A stretch of 22,167 nucleotides of DNA from an archaeon. GTDB lineage: Archaea > EX4484-52 > B79-G9. Made by a program: the position numbers and the translations under genes. Location: the NCBI GenBank assembly GCA_043813875.1, contig JBDRKP010000021.1:1-22167 (forward strand), read 5' to 3'. Shown piece after piece: positions 9,362 through 17,829 of this stretch. The notes beneath the pieces are model-generated. The model made no database searches. It saw only the letters and a list, made by a program, of their open reading frames with translations, and was not told the origin of the DNA. How positions within the stretch are numbered: the stretch's first letter is position 1; each line of letters opens with the position of its first letter.

Positions 9362-10482
9362 ATGTGGCGTCACGGATACAGGATATCCAGCTCAGCATAA
9401 GGAAGATTTCTGATATGGCTTCTTTAGTGCCTGGTTGCATACGATTTGATATAGGGCAGCCGGATTTCAAGACGCCGAAGAATATACAGGATGCGGCTGT
9501 CAGGGCGATAAAGGAAGGGAAACATGATTATACTCCTGTTGCCGGAATTGCGCCTCTCAGGGAGGCGATTGCTGCCTCTGAGGGAGCTAAGGGATTTGAT
9601 GTTGTTGATAAGAATGTGATGGTGACTATGGGCGGCATGGGTGCGCTGTTCACTACGATGCTCGGGTTTCTTGATGCCGGGGATGAGGTGATTTTTCCTG
9701 ATCCTACCTGGCCGCCGTATAAGCTGATTGTCAGTTCGGTCGGCGGGGTTTCACGGCTGGTTCCTTATTTTGGTGAGGGCGGGAAGCTTGATATCGATGC
9801 GATATCTTCTGCTATCGGGGCGAGGACGAAGTTTGTTGTTGTCAATACGCCTGAGAATCCGACAGGCAGGGTTATCGGGAAATCGGATCTGCGTGCTATC
9901 GCTCAAGTTGCACAGGATAAGGGTGTGATGATAATATCTGATGAGGTTTATGACAGGATATTGTTTGACGGGGCAAAGCATGTGTCGATCAAGAAGTATG
10001 CTCATGATAATGCGATTCTTATCAATTCGGTGTCGAAGACTTATGCGATGACCGGGTGGCGACTCGGGTGGCTGGTCGCGCGAGAGGATATAGTCGGGCA
10101 GCTTGTGAAGTGCAACCGGGCGTCTGTCGCGTGCCCGAACTCGGTGTCACAGTATGCGGCGCTTGAGGCGCTTTGCGGACCTCAGGATGCTGTTACTGAT
10201 ATGGTGTCTGAGTACCAGAAAAGGAAGGATCTTGTGGTAAAGCTGATGGATAAGATGGGCTGGGAGTATGTTGAGCCCCGCGGGGCGTTTTATGCTTTCC
10301 CGAAAGTCGGCGGGGATTCGTGGAAGTTTGCGACGGATCTCATTGAGAAGGCGAAGGTTTCTGTTGTGCCTGGGCTGCCGTCGGGGCCAAGGAGCGAGGA
10401 GTATGTCAGGTTATGTTTCGGGTCTGCTGATCTTGAGCAGGTAAAGGTTGGGTTTGAGAGGATTGAGAGGTTTCTCAGTTAG
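9358..10482 (+). CDS. PLP-dependent class I/II aminotransferase, probably aromatic/aspartate aminotransferase
   Basis: IGQPDF, NTPENPTG, ISDEVY, SVSKTYAMTGWRLG (PLP lysine); ATGA overlap with aroC. Confidence 0.88.
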   Translation: MNVASRIQDIQLSIRKISDMASLVPGCIRFDIGQPDFKTPKNIQDAAVRAIKEGKHDYTPVAGIAPLREAIAASEGAKGFDVVDKNVMVTMGGMGALFTTMLGFLDAGDEVIFPDPTWPPYKLIVSSVGGVSRLVPYFGEGGKLDIDAISSAIGARTKFVVVNTPENPTGRVIGKSDLRAIAQVAQDKGVMIISDEVYDRILFDGAKHVSIKKYAHDNAILINSVSKTYAMTGWRLGWLVAREDIVGQLVKCNRASVACPNSVSQYAALEALCGPQDAVTDMVSEYQKRKDLVVKLMDKMGWEYVEPRGAFYAFPKVGGDSWKFATDLIEKAKVSVVPGLPSGPRSEEYVRLCFGSADLEQVKVGFERIERFLS

Positions 10483-10494
10483 ATCAGCCGATAT

Positions 10495-10510
10495 CCGAAA
10501 GATTTATAAC
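10495..10510 (+). promoter_or_regulatory. Archaeal-type BRE + TATA promoter
   Basis: CCGAAAGA followed by TTTATAAC, upstream of ORF 10625. Confidence 0.55.
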
Positions 10511-10624
10511 GTTTTGGTACTATTTATTGGTGGTAATACAATTATATATAAGATAACACGGCTATATGTATGGTACTATATGATGTTGTTTTTTGTTATT
10601 TTTATAATCTGAAGGTGATTTTTT

Positions 10625-10948
10625 ATGTTAGAATCAATATATAGATGGTTAGGTGGTTCTGAGCCAAATCGTGAACAGTTGGTTGAAGAAATGGGTTATG
10701 TGATGTCTGCTAAAGGGATTAAGCCTAAAAATTTTGATGTCTCTGATTTTACGTGTCATGTTTTAAATAATCCTACGTATGATGATTTTGACATAGCTGC
10801 AATGGTAGGGGTACTAAGAACTGCAGTCGTTGAAGCTTCTGGAAAAGTGAGATATGATTTAGCTGACATTCAACTACCCGAAGGCGTTAGTGTAGGTTAT
10901 ACCCTGTCGCTGATGCCTGAATTAGTGCCAATGTGGCTATATCGTTAA
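10625..10948 (+). CDS. Hypothetical protein (107 aa), AT-rich
   Basis: ATG with GGTGA RBS at 10614-10618, upstream promoter, fills the intergenic gap; no recognisable motif. Confidence 0.65.
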   Translation: MLESIYRWLGGSEPNREQLVEEMGYVMSAKGIKPKNFDVSDFTCHVLNNPTYDDFDIAAMVGVLRTAVVEASGKVRYDLADIQLPEGVSVGYTLSLMPELVPMWLYR

Positions 10949-11018
10949 TTTGTTTCTAGTGCATGGTTATTTATCGTTTGGGTTAATGCCCCTCTGTTTG
11001 CAGGATATGATATTTGTC

Positions 11019-13730
11019 TTATCGTAAATTGATACTCTGTGGCTCTGCTGCGGTTGGGTTCTTCATCAGATTGATTCTTTCTTTCAGGGCTGCGTGGGCT
11101 GCTGCGAGGCGCGCTACGGGGACACGGTAAGGGGAGCAGCTTACGTAGTTGAGCCCTATTTTGTGGCAGAATTCTATGCTTTTCGGGTCGCCGCCATGCT
11201 CGCCGCATATGCCGATGGTCAGGTCCTTTCTTGTGCTGCGCCCTTTTTCTACACCAATCCGTATGAGTTCTCCGATGCCTTTCTGGTCGATGGATATAAA
11301 CGGGTCGCTGTCCAGGATATCGTTCTTGACATAAAACGGCAAAAACTTGCCTGCATCGTCTCTTGAAAGTCCGAAGCCCATCTGCGTTAGATCGTTCGTG
11401 CCGAAGCTGAAAAATTCGGCCTCGCGGGCAATTTCGTCGGCAGTGACGGCTGCTCGTGGCACTTCAATCATGGTTCCGATCCTGTATGCTAAGGTGACTT
11501 TTTTTTCGTGCATGATTTTTTCTGCTATTTCCATAATTCTCTTCTTAATGGATACGAACTCGTTGAGATGTGCTACGAGGGGGACCATGATCTCTATGTT
11601 GACTTTCCTGTTGTTTCTGGTTATGTCGCAACCGGCTTCAATAATCGCGCGGACCTGCATTTCATAGATTTCAGGATACGTTATTCCCAGGCGGCATCCC
11701 CTGTGTCCGAGCATCGGGTTGACTTCATGGAGTCTTGTGACTATGTCTTTCAGTCTTTCAAAAGATACGCGCATCTCTTTTGATACTTTCTCGATGTCTG
11801 CATCGGTTGCCGGCAGAAACTCATGGAGCGGCGGGTCGAGCAGCCTGATGGTTACTGGTTTTTCTTCCATGACTTCGAAAATCCCGTAAAAGTCTGATTT
11901 CTGGAAATCTAAAAGTTTAGATAAGGCTGCATTTCTTTCGTCTGTGCTGGTTGCGAGGATCATCTGTCTTACATAGGGCAGCCTGTCTTTGCCGAAGAAC
12001 ATGTGTTCTGTCCTGCAAAGCCCGATTCCTTCTGCGCCGAAGTCAAGTGCAATTTTTGCATCGTGCGGCGTGTCTGCATTTGCCTCGACGCCCAGTTTCC
12101 TGAAATCATCAGACCAGTCCATAATCTGCCTGAAATCGCCGGATATACCCTGCCTGATCAGTTTCGCTTCTCCTAAGATCACTTCGCCTGTGGTCCCGTT
12201 CAGTGTGATTATGTCTCCTTCATGGACTTCGACGTCATCTGCTATAAAGACCCCGGCGTCCTCAAAAATGGATATCCCGCTGCAGCCGACAATGCAGCAT
12301 TTGCCCATCCCGCGCGCGACGACTGCTGCGTGGCTTGTCATGCCGCCGGTCGCTGTCAGGATGCCCTGCGATGCGTTCATGCCGGCTATGTCTTCGGGGG
12401 ATGTCTCGGGTCTTACAAGTATGACTTTTTCTCCTCTTTCTCTTGCGAGGACCGCCATGGCCTGATTAAAGACAACTTTGCCGACTGCTGCGCCTGGTGA
12501 TGCGCCCATGCCACGGGCAATTATTCTTACAGGTGCTTTGGGATCAATATCCGGGAATAGGAGCTGGTTGATCTGGGCGGGATCGACTCTTAAAACTGCA
12601 ACTTGTTTGTCAATCAGGCCTTCACGGACCATGTCTACAGCAATCTTTACGGCGGACATTGCTGTTCTTTTGCCGGTCCTTGTCTGGAGGATGTATAACT
12701 TGCTCTTTTCGACGGTAAATTCTATGTCCTGCATATCATGATAGTGGTCTTCGATTTTTTTGCAGGTGTCTCTCAACTCTTCATAGATTTGAGGCATTAC
12801 TTTTTTTAGGATATCAACATTTTGTGGTGTTCTTATTCCTGCAACAATATCTTCGCCCTGGGCGTTTAGGAGGAATTCGCCGTAAAGGTGTTTTTCCCCG
12901 TTTGCTGGGTTTCTTGTAAAACAGACTCCTGTGGCACCTTTATTTCCAGTGTTGCCAAAGACCATTGCCTGGACATTGACTGCTGTGCCCAGGTTGTGGG
13001 GTATGTTGTTCAGGTTCCTGTAGGATGTGGCCCGTTTGTTGTTCCATGAACGGAAAACAGCTTCTATTGCCATCTTCAGTTGGACTGTAGGGTCGCTTGG
13101 GAATTTCTGGCCAGTTTCCTGAAATATGAGGTCTTTGTAGAGCACGATGAGTTTTTTCATGTGCATGATGCTGAGTTCGTTGTCGTATGTGACTTGTGCT
13201 TCCTTTTTTATGCTCTTTAATATGTGTTCAAAGTTGTTGTGATTTATCCCCAGAACAACGTTTCCGAACATGTCCAGGAAGCGCCTGTAGCAGTCGCAGG
13301 CAAATCTCTCGTCGCCTGATATGTCCGCCAGGGCGCGGGCAGTGTCGTCGTTCAGGCCCAGGTTAAGGACAGTGTCCATCATGCCAGGCATGGATGCGGG
13401 TGCGCCTGAGCGGATTGATAAAAGGAGGGGGTTGGATGAACCGAGCCTTTTTTGGGTGATATCTTCAAGTTTTTGAAGGTTTGAATTGACTTCGTCCATC
13501 AATCCCGGCGGGAGATCACTGTTATGACTGTCATAATAAGCGATGCATGCTTCTGTAGATATTACGAACCCGGGCGGTACGGGTATTTTAAAGTTCGTCA
13601 TCTCACAGAGGTTGGCTCCCTTGTTGCCCAGAATATTTTTCATGGAGATGTTGCCTTGTGAGCTGCCGTTGCCGAAAAAATAGACGTATTTGATGGATGA
13701 TCCCTCCTTCAATAACTGCTTTTTTGTCAT
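11019..13730 (-). CDS. ppdK: Pyruvate, phosphate dikinase
   Basis: LGNKGANL, SIRSGAPASMPGMMDTVLNLG, phospho-His GGMTSHAAVVARG, GIGLCRTEHMF, FSFGTNDLTQ, GICGEHGG. Confidence 0.96.
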   Translation of the reverse strand: MTKKQLLKEGSSIKYVYFFGNGSSQGNISMKNILGNKGANLCEMTNFKIPVPPGFVISTEACIAYYDSHNSDLPPGLMDEVNSNLQKLEDITQKRLGSSNPLLLSIRSGAPASMPGMMDTVLNLGLNDDTARALADISGDERFACDCYRRFLDMFGNVVLGINHNNFEHILKSIKKEAQVTYDNELSIMHMKKLIVLYKDLIFQETGQKFPSDPTVQLKMAIEAVFRSWNNKRATSYRNLNNIPHNLGTAVNVQAMVFGNTGNKGATGVCFTRNPANGEKHLYGEFLLNAQGEDIVAGIRTPQNVDILKKVMPQIYEELRDTCKKIEDHYHDMQDIEFTVEKSKLYILQTRTGKRTAMSAVKIAVDMVREGLIDKQVAVLRVDPAQINQLLFPDIDPKAPVRIIARGMGASPGAAVGKVVFNQAMAVLARERGEKVILVRPETSPEDIAGMNASQGILTATGGMTSHAAVVARGMGKCCIVGCSGISIFEDAGVFIADDVEVHEGDIITLNGTTGEVILGEAKLIRQGISGDFRQIMDWSDDFRKLGVEANADTPHDAKIALDFGAEGIGLCRTEHMFFGKDRLPYVRQMILATSTDERNAALSKLLDFQKSDFYGIFEVMEEKPVTIRLLDPPLHEFLPATDADIEKVSKEMRVSFERLKDIVTRLHEVNPMLGHRGCRLGITYPEIYEMQVRAIIEAGCDITRNNRKVNIEIMVPLVAHLNEFVSIKKRIMEIAEKIMHEKKVTLAYRIGTMIEVPRAAVTADEIAREAEFFSFGTNDLTQMGFGLSRDDAGKFLPFYVKNDILDSDPFISIDQKGIGELIRIGVEKGRSTRKDLTIGICGEHGGDPKSIEFCHKIGLNYVSCSPYRVPVARLAAAHAALKERINLMKNPTAAEPQSINLR

Positions 13731-13770
13731 ACTTTGTCATACAATGTAGTACGGATATTATATTCAAAGA

Positions 13771-13785
13771 AATATAAAGCTTTGG
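13771..13785 (-). promoter_or_regulatory. Candidate BRE + TATA promoter for ppdK
   Basis: Minus strand reads CCAAAGC TTTATATT about 40 nt upstream of ATG 13730. Confidence 0.45.
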
Positions 13786-13826
13786 TTGGCTGGCGGTATT
13801 ATTATTAAAATGCCTCTCTCAAATGT

Positions 13827-14915
13827 ATGTTTATGCAGAGGATTGTTCTTCATGTGGATATGGATTCGTTTTTTGCTGCGCTCGAGGAGTTGCGACGTCC
13901 CGAGATACGCGGGAAGGCGGTCGTTGTCTGCGTATATTCCGGGCGTACTTCGGATTCCGGGGCTGTGAGTACTGCTAATTACCGGGCGAGGGAGCTTGGC
14001 ATCAAGTCAGGGATGACCATATATTCTGCTAAACGGCTTGCGATGGATAAAGATGTTGTGTTTCTTCCGGTTGATATGGAGCATTACCGGGCGGTATCTC
14101 TGAGGATCATGGAGCTGCTTTCTCGCGAGGCTGATGCAGTTGAGCAGGTGAGCGTGGATGAGGCTTACCTTGATATCACGCGGAGGTCGAAAGGCGATTT
14201 TTTGACTGCCGGGAAGATTGGCATAAAGATAAAGAGGAAGATCAAAGAGCAGGAGAGTCTTACATGCTCGGTGGGTATCGGGCATAATAAGTTTGTCGCC
14301 AAGATGGCATCGAAGCGCAAGAAGCCTGACGGGCTGACTGTTGTGAAGCCGGAGGAGGTGCTTGCCTTTTTGGGTGATTTGCCTGTAGCTAAGCTTCACG
14401 GGATCGGGAAGAAGACTGAAGAAGCCCTGAATGAGCTTGGGATAAGGACTGCGAAGGAACTTTTAGGGTCGCGGGTGGATGTTCTTTTTGGGGTGTTCGG
14501 TGAGAATAAGGCGAAGATGCTTCTTGATAAGGCGTCCGGGATTGATGATGAGCCGGTCGAGCAGCATGAGATGCAGCAGATATCGCGGATAGGGACACTA
14601 AAACACGATTCGGATGATGTTGATTTTGTTTTTCAGAAGATCAAAGAGATTTCTGTTGGCATGAAAGAGAATGTCGAGAAAAGGAAGGTGGCTTTCCGCA
14701 CAGTTTCTGTAATCACTATTGATACCCAACTTGAGACGCGCACGAGGAGTGAGACGATTGCTCTTACTGATGATGTGGAAGTTGCGCTTGCTGTTGGCAG
14801 AAGATTGCTTGCCGGGTTTTTTGCTCTGAATCCGGGTATTGCGCTTCGAAGGGTCGGGATAAGGGTGTCGAACCTTGTTGATAAAAAGAAGCAGAGGACG
14901 CTTGGTGATTTTTGA
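13827..14915 (+). CDS. dinB: Y-family DNA polymerase IV (DinB/Dpo4-like) with C-terminal PIP-like motif
   Basis: LHVDMDSFFA, STANYRAR, SVDEAYLD, AKMASK..KPDG, HhH LHGIGKKT; ends QRTLGDF; start may be ATG 13833. Confidence 0.93.
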   Translation: MFMQRIVLHVDMDSFFAALEELRRPEIRGKAVVVCVYSGRTSDSGAVSTANYRARELGIKSGMTIYSAKRLAMDKDVVFLPVDMEHYRAVSLRIMELLSREADAVEQVSVDEAYLDITRRSKGDFLTAGKIGIKIKRKIKEQESLTCSVGIGHNKFVAKMASKRKKPDGLTVVKPEEVLAFLGDLPVAKLHGIGKKTEEALNELGIRTAKELLGSRVDVLFGVFGENKAKMLLDKASGIDDEPVEQHEMQQISRIGTLKHDSDDVDFVFQKIKEISVGMKENVEKRKVAFRTVSVITIDTQLETRTRSETIALTDDVEVALAVGRRLLAGFFALNPGIALRRVGIRVSNLVDKKKQRTLGDF

Positions 14916-14920
14916 CGGGC

Positions 14921-14935
14921 TTTTTTCTATTTTTT
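14921..14935 (+). terminator. Oligo-T tract, candidate archaeal terminator after dinB
   Basis: TTTTTTCTATTTTTT directly after the dinB stop, between convergent genes. Confidence 0.35.
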
Positions 14936-15767
14936 ATTGTGTATATTTTCTATATTTTAGTTTCTTTGTGATTTCTGGCTCATCGAGATAATTTTCACTA
15001 GTTGCGACTTTGCTGCCTGATTCCAGTTCAAGGTTTTTTCTAGCATCGCCTGCGATTTTTCCGCCTTTTTTTGCGGCGATTTTGTTTTCTATGAAGCCTT
15101 GTGAGTCTTTGTTTTTTGCGATTTCTGTTGTTGACGCTTCTCCAAGCATTGAGAAGATTAATTCAAGGTCGGTCATGTGGTCTCGAAGGTTTTCTTTTTT
15201 CAGGTTCTTGTATTGTTTGTATTCTTCGACTGTCTTGTCGAATGTTGCTTTTGTGATTTCGTTTGTCAGTATTGCGTATTCTATGTTGTTATTCATTCCT
15301 CTGTTCTTCCATTCTTCTGTCAGTTCCTGTCTTATCGCTATGCCTCTTAGGCGTTTGTCTATCCAGTTTTTTGAATAGCCTTTTTGCTCGTAGAGATGTT
15401 TCATGCGAACTTGTGCCAGTTCGGGATCTTCTATTTCCTGAACCCGTTCATATCCTACTTTTGCGAGCCATCTTTTGAATGGCTCTGCTTTTTTTGACGG
15501 GATCGACTGGATTATACGGAACATGGATTCTGTGCTTGCGCAGTCTGTATTCCTTAATTTTCCATCCGGAGCTTCTAATTTCAAAGGGTTACATATTGTA
15601 ACCAGTTGATTTTCTCTATGCTTTAGAACTTTCCAATAATTACGAGAATCAGGACTGTCTGTCAAAACAGCTACAGTGTCAACTACAGAGAAATACCATT
15701 CGTCCTTGTGCCATATTCTTCTAATATGTTTTCCCTGAAATACTACCAAAGCATCTTTTGAGTCCAT
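14934..15767 (-). CDS. Bro-N domain protein (phage antirepressor-like DNA-binding family)
   Basis: F.G..IRR.W...EWYFSVVD.V..LTDS, RNYWKVLK, RIIQSIPSKKAEPFKRWLA, ENLRDHMTDLELIF motifs; AT-richer than the aro genes. Confidence 0.8.
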   Translation of the reverse strand: MDSKDALVVFQGKHIRRIWHKDEWYFSVVDTVAVLTDSPDSRNYWKVLKHRENQLVTICNPLKLEAPDGKLRNTDCASTESMFRIIQSIPSKKAEPFKRWLAKVGYERVQEIEDPELAQVRMKHLYEQKGYSKNWIDKRLRGIAIRQELTEEWKNRGMNNNIEYAILTNEITKATFDKTVEEYKQYKNLKKENLRDHMTDLELIFSMLGEASTTEIAKNKDSQGFIENKIAAKKGGKIAGDARKNLELESGSKVATSENYLDEPEITKKLKYRKYTQ

Positions 15768-15873
15768 CTTATTACGATATTGGTTTTAAGAATATATATC
15801 TAATTGGTACATTGTGCCGATAGGATTGTTTTTGTTGCAAAGTGCATTTCTGACGGCTGAATGCAAAATGTTT

Positions 15874-15890
15874 CCAAAAGGCTTATAAAT
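15874..15890 (+). promoter_or_regulatory. BRE + TATA promoter about 310 nt upstream of trpE
   Basis: CCAAAAGGC TTATAAAT; a second TTTATAT at 15902-15908. Confidence 0.45.
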
Positions 15891-16150
15891 TTTTGTGATT
15901 ATTTATATGTTATATCGTTGTTATCTTATCGTGATGCCAATGGATTGGAAATGCGCTTGACGGATTTTGAACCTGATTTTCCTATCCTTAAGTATCCTGG
16001 TTATCAATGTTTTCTTTCTTTAGTCCTGCTTTTCTGGCGCCCGTTCTTTTAGGTTGTTTCTGGTCTGGTTATCTGGAAAATTATGAAAATGTTTGTCTGT
16101 TTTTTGTCTGTTTACTGTCATGTATGTTCTGAAATCGACAACAGTCGCAG

Positions 16151-16190
16151 TTAAATATATAAAGCTGCCTGTCCCTAAATTGATTGGTGA
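16151..16190 (+). promoter_or_regulatory. Proximal TATA-like box and RBS of the trp operon
   Basis: TTAAATATATAAAG (16151-16164) and GGTGA (16186-16190). Confidence 0.5.
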
Positions 16191-16196
16191 TTTTGA

Positions 16197-16229
16197 ATGG
16201 GTGGATACCTTTGGCGAGGAAAATATTAA
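16197..16229 (+). other. Out-of-frame micro-ORF MGGYLWRGKY overlapping the trpE start (candidate regulatory peptide)
   Basis: ATG 6 nt after GGTGA; reads ATG GGT GGA TAC CTT TGG CGA GGA AAA TAT TAA. Confidence 0.3.
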
Positions 16230-17829
16230 GAATGTAAAATTAGGGCAGATTGTTCCCATATATAAAAAGACCAAGGGGCTTGGGTGCCCGGTGGAGTTCT
16301 TTGCCAAGCTCTCTGATTATGGCAGGAATCCGCATTGCCTGCTTCTTGAGTCTGCAAGCGTCTCTGCGAAGTATGCGCAGTTCAGTATGGGTACCGCTGC
16401 ACCGTGCCTGAAGATTTCGGGACGTGGCGATGATTTTGAGATCATTGCGCTTAACAGTCTTGGCGAGCGTTTTCTTTTGTCTATCAAGGATGATCTTTCG
16501 TTTTCTGATTCTCTGAAGTACGGGAAAGACAGGATTACAGGCAAGCTGAAACCGGTGCGCAAGAAAGGGATAAGTGAGGAGGAGCGACTCAGGCAGAAGA
16601 CGCATGTCGATATACTTCGGGTCATAGCGTTCAAGTTTCTGCCGACTTCCCGGCCGCTCGTGCCTTATGCAGGGCTTCTTGGCATGTTCTCATATGACTT
16701 CATCGACCAGTTTGAGGATCTTCCCAAGAACAGGCAGGATGTCTTAGGGACTCCTGATTATGAAGTGTATTTTGCCGATAACCTGTTCATCTGTGACCAC
16801 AAGAATGATGCCACGTATTTCATCGCGAATGCGCTTGTCTTTGATGAAGATAAAGATAAGGCCGTGGCTGAGTGCAGGAGCAAGATCGATGGATATATAC
16901 GGGTGCAGAACCAGACAGATGTACCGAAGCCGCGCAAGTACCTGAAAAAGAAGGTGCGGATAAGGAGCGATACGACAAAAGAGGAGTTCATGGATACTGT
17001 TTCCAGGATGAAGGAGCATATACTGGCAGGGGATGTCTTCCAGGTGGTTCCTTCACGGACCCTGATGGTAGAGTATAATGCCGAGCCGCTTGATGTGTAT
17101 CGCACGCTTCGCAGACTGAACCCGTCGCCTTATATGTTTTTCATAAATTCGCTTGATTCTATTCTTCTCGGGGCGTCGCCTGAGATGTCTCTTCGCGTCG
17201 AGGGAGAAAAAGAGAAGAAGGTAGAGATACGGCCGATCGCAGGGACAAGACCGCGGGGGATTGTCGACGGGAAGATCGATATGGATCTTGATTCGAAGTA
17301 TGAGATCGAGCTTAAGCTTGATAAAAAAGAGGTTGCTGAGCATGTCATGCTTGTCGACCTTGCCAGGAATGATGTCGCACGGGTATCAAAACCGGGCACG
17401 AGGATTGTCGATGAGCCGTTCATTGTGGAGAAGTATTCTCATGTGCAGCACCTGGTCTCGAATGTGAGCGGGGTGTTGAAAGATGATTTTGATGCGCTCC
17501 ATGCGTATCTTGCGTCGATGAACATGGGGACGCTTACGGGTGCGCCGAAGGTGAAGGCGATGGAGATCATCAGGCGCCTTGAAAAGAATAAGCGCTGCCT
17601 TTACGGGGGCGCTGTCTTCTATCTTACGCCGCATAAGGATTTTGATTCCACTATAATCATCCGGTCTTTACAGATAAAGGATGATGTCGCATACATCCGG
17701 TCCGGGGCTGGAATTGTCTATGATTCTGTGCCAATTTATGAGTATGAGGAGACCATCAAGAAGGCGAGGGCGTGCCTCGCGGCTATTGAGAAAACAGGAG
17801 GTGTCGAGTATGAAAATCCTGTTGATTGA
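16201..17829 (+). CDS. trpE: Anthranilate synthase component I (enteric-like type)
   Basis: LLESA, FSYD, FQVVPSR, NPSPYM, PIAGTRPRG, EHVMLVDLARND, MNMGTLTGAPKV. Start uncertain; in-frame GTG 16201 is 10 nt after GGTGA. Confidence 0.93.
   Translation: MDTFGEENIKNVKLGQIVPIYKKTKGLGCPVEFFAKLSDYGRNPHCLLLESASVSAKYAQFSMGTAAPCLKISGRGDDFEIIALNSLGERFLLSIKDDLSFSDSLKYGKDRITGKLKPVRKKGISEEERLRQKTHVDILRVIAFKFLPTSRPLVPYAGLLGMFSYDFIDQFEDLPKNRQDVLGTPDYEVYFADNLFICDHKNDATYFIANALVFDEDKDKAVAECRSKIDGYIRVQNQTDVPKPRKYLKKKVRIRSDTTKEEFMDTVSRMKEHILAGDVFQVVPSRTLMVEYNAEPLDVYRTLRRLNPSPYMFFINSLDSILLGASPEMSLRVEGEKEKKVEIRPIAGTRPRGIVDGKIDMDLDSKYEIELKLDKKEVAEHVMLVDLARNDVARVSKPGTRIVDEPFIVEKYSHVQHLVSNVSGVLKDDFDALHAYLASMNMGTLTGAPKVKAMEIIRRLEKNKRCLYGGAVFYLTPHKDFDSTIIIRSLQIKDDVAYIRSGAGIVYDSVPIYEYEETIKKARACLAAIEKTGGVEYENPVD

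Noticed and set aside
13724..13742. Tandem TTGTCATAC duplication at the ppdK start
   Set aside because: Only 9 nt; the extra ATG is out of frame and there is no supporting evidence of function
16093..16200. N-terminal extension of trpE in the ORF track
   Set aside because: Weak start codon, spans the TATA-like box and RBS, not TrpE-like
17681..17809. N-terminal extension of trpG
   Set aside because: Inside trpE; ATG 17810 has a GGAGGTG RBS and the canonical MKILLIDN start
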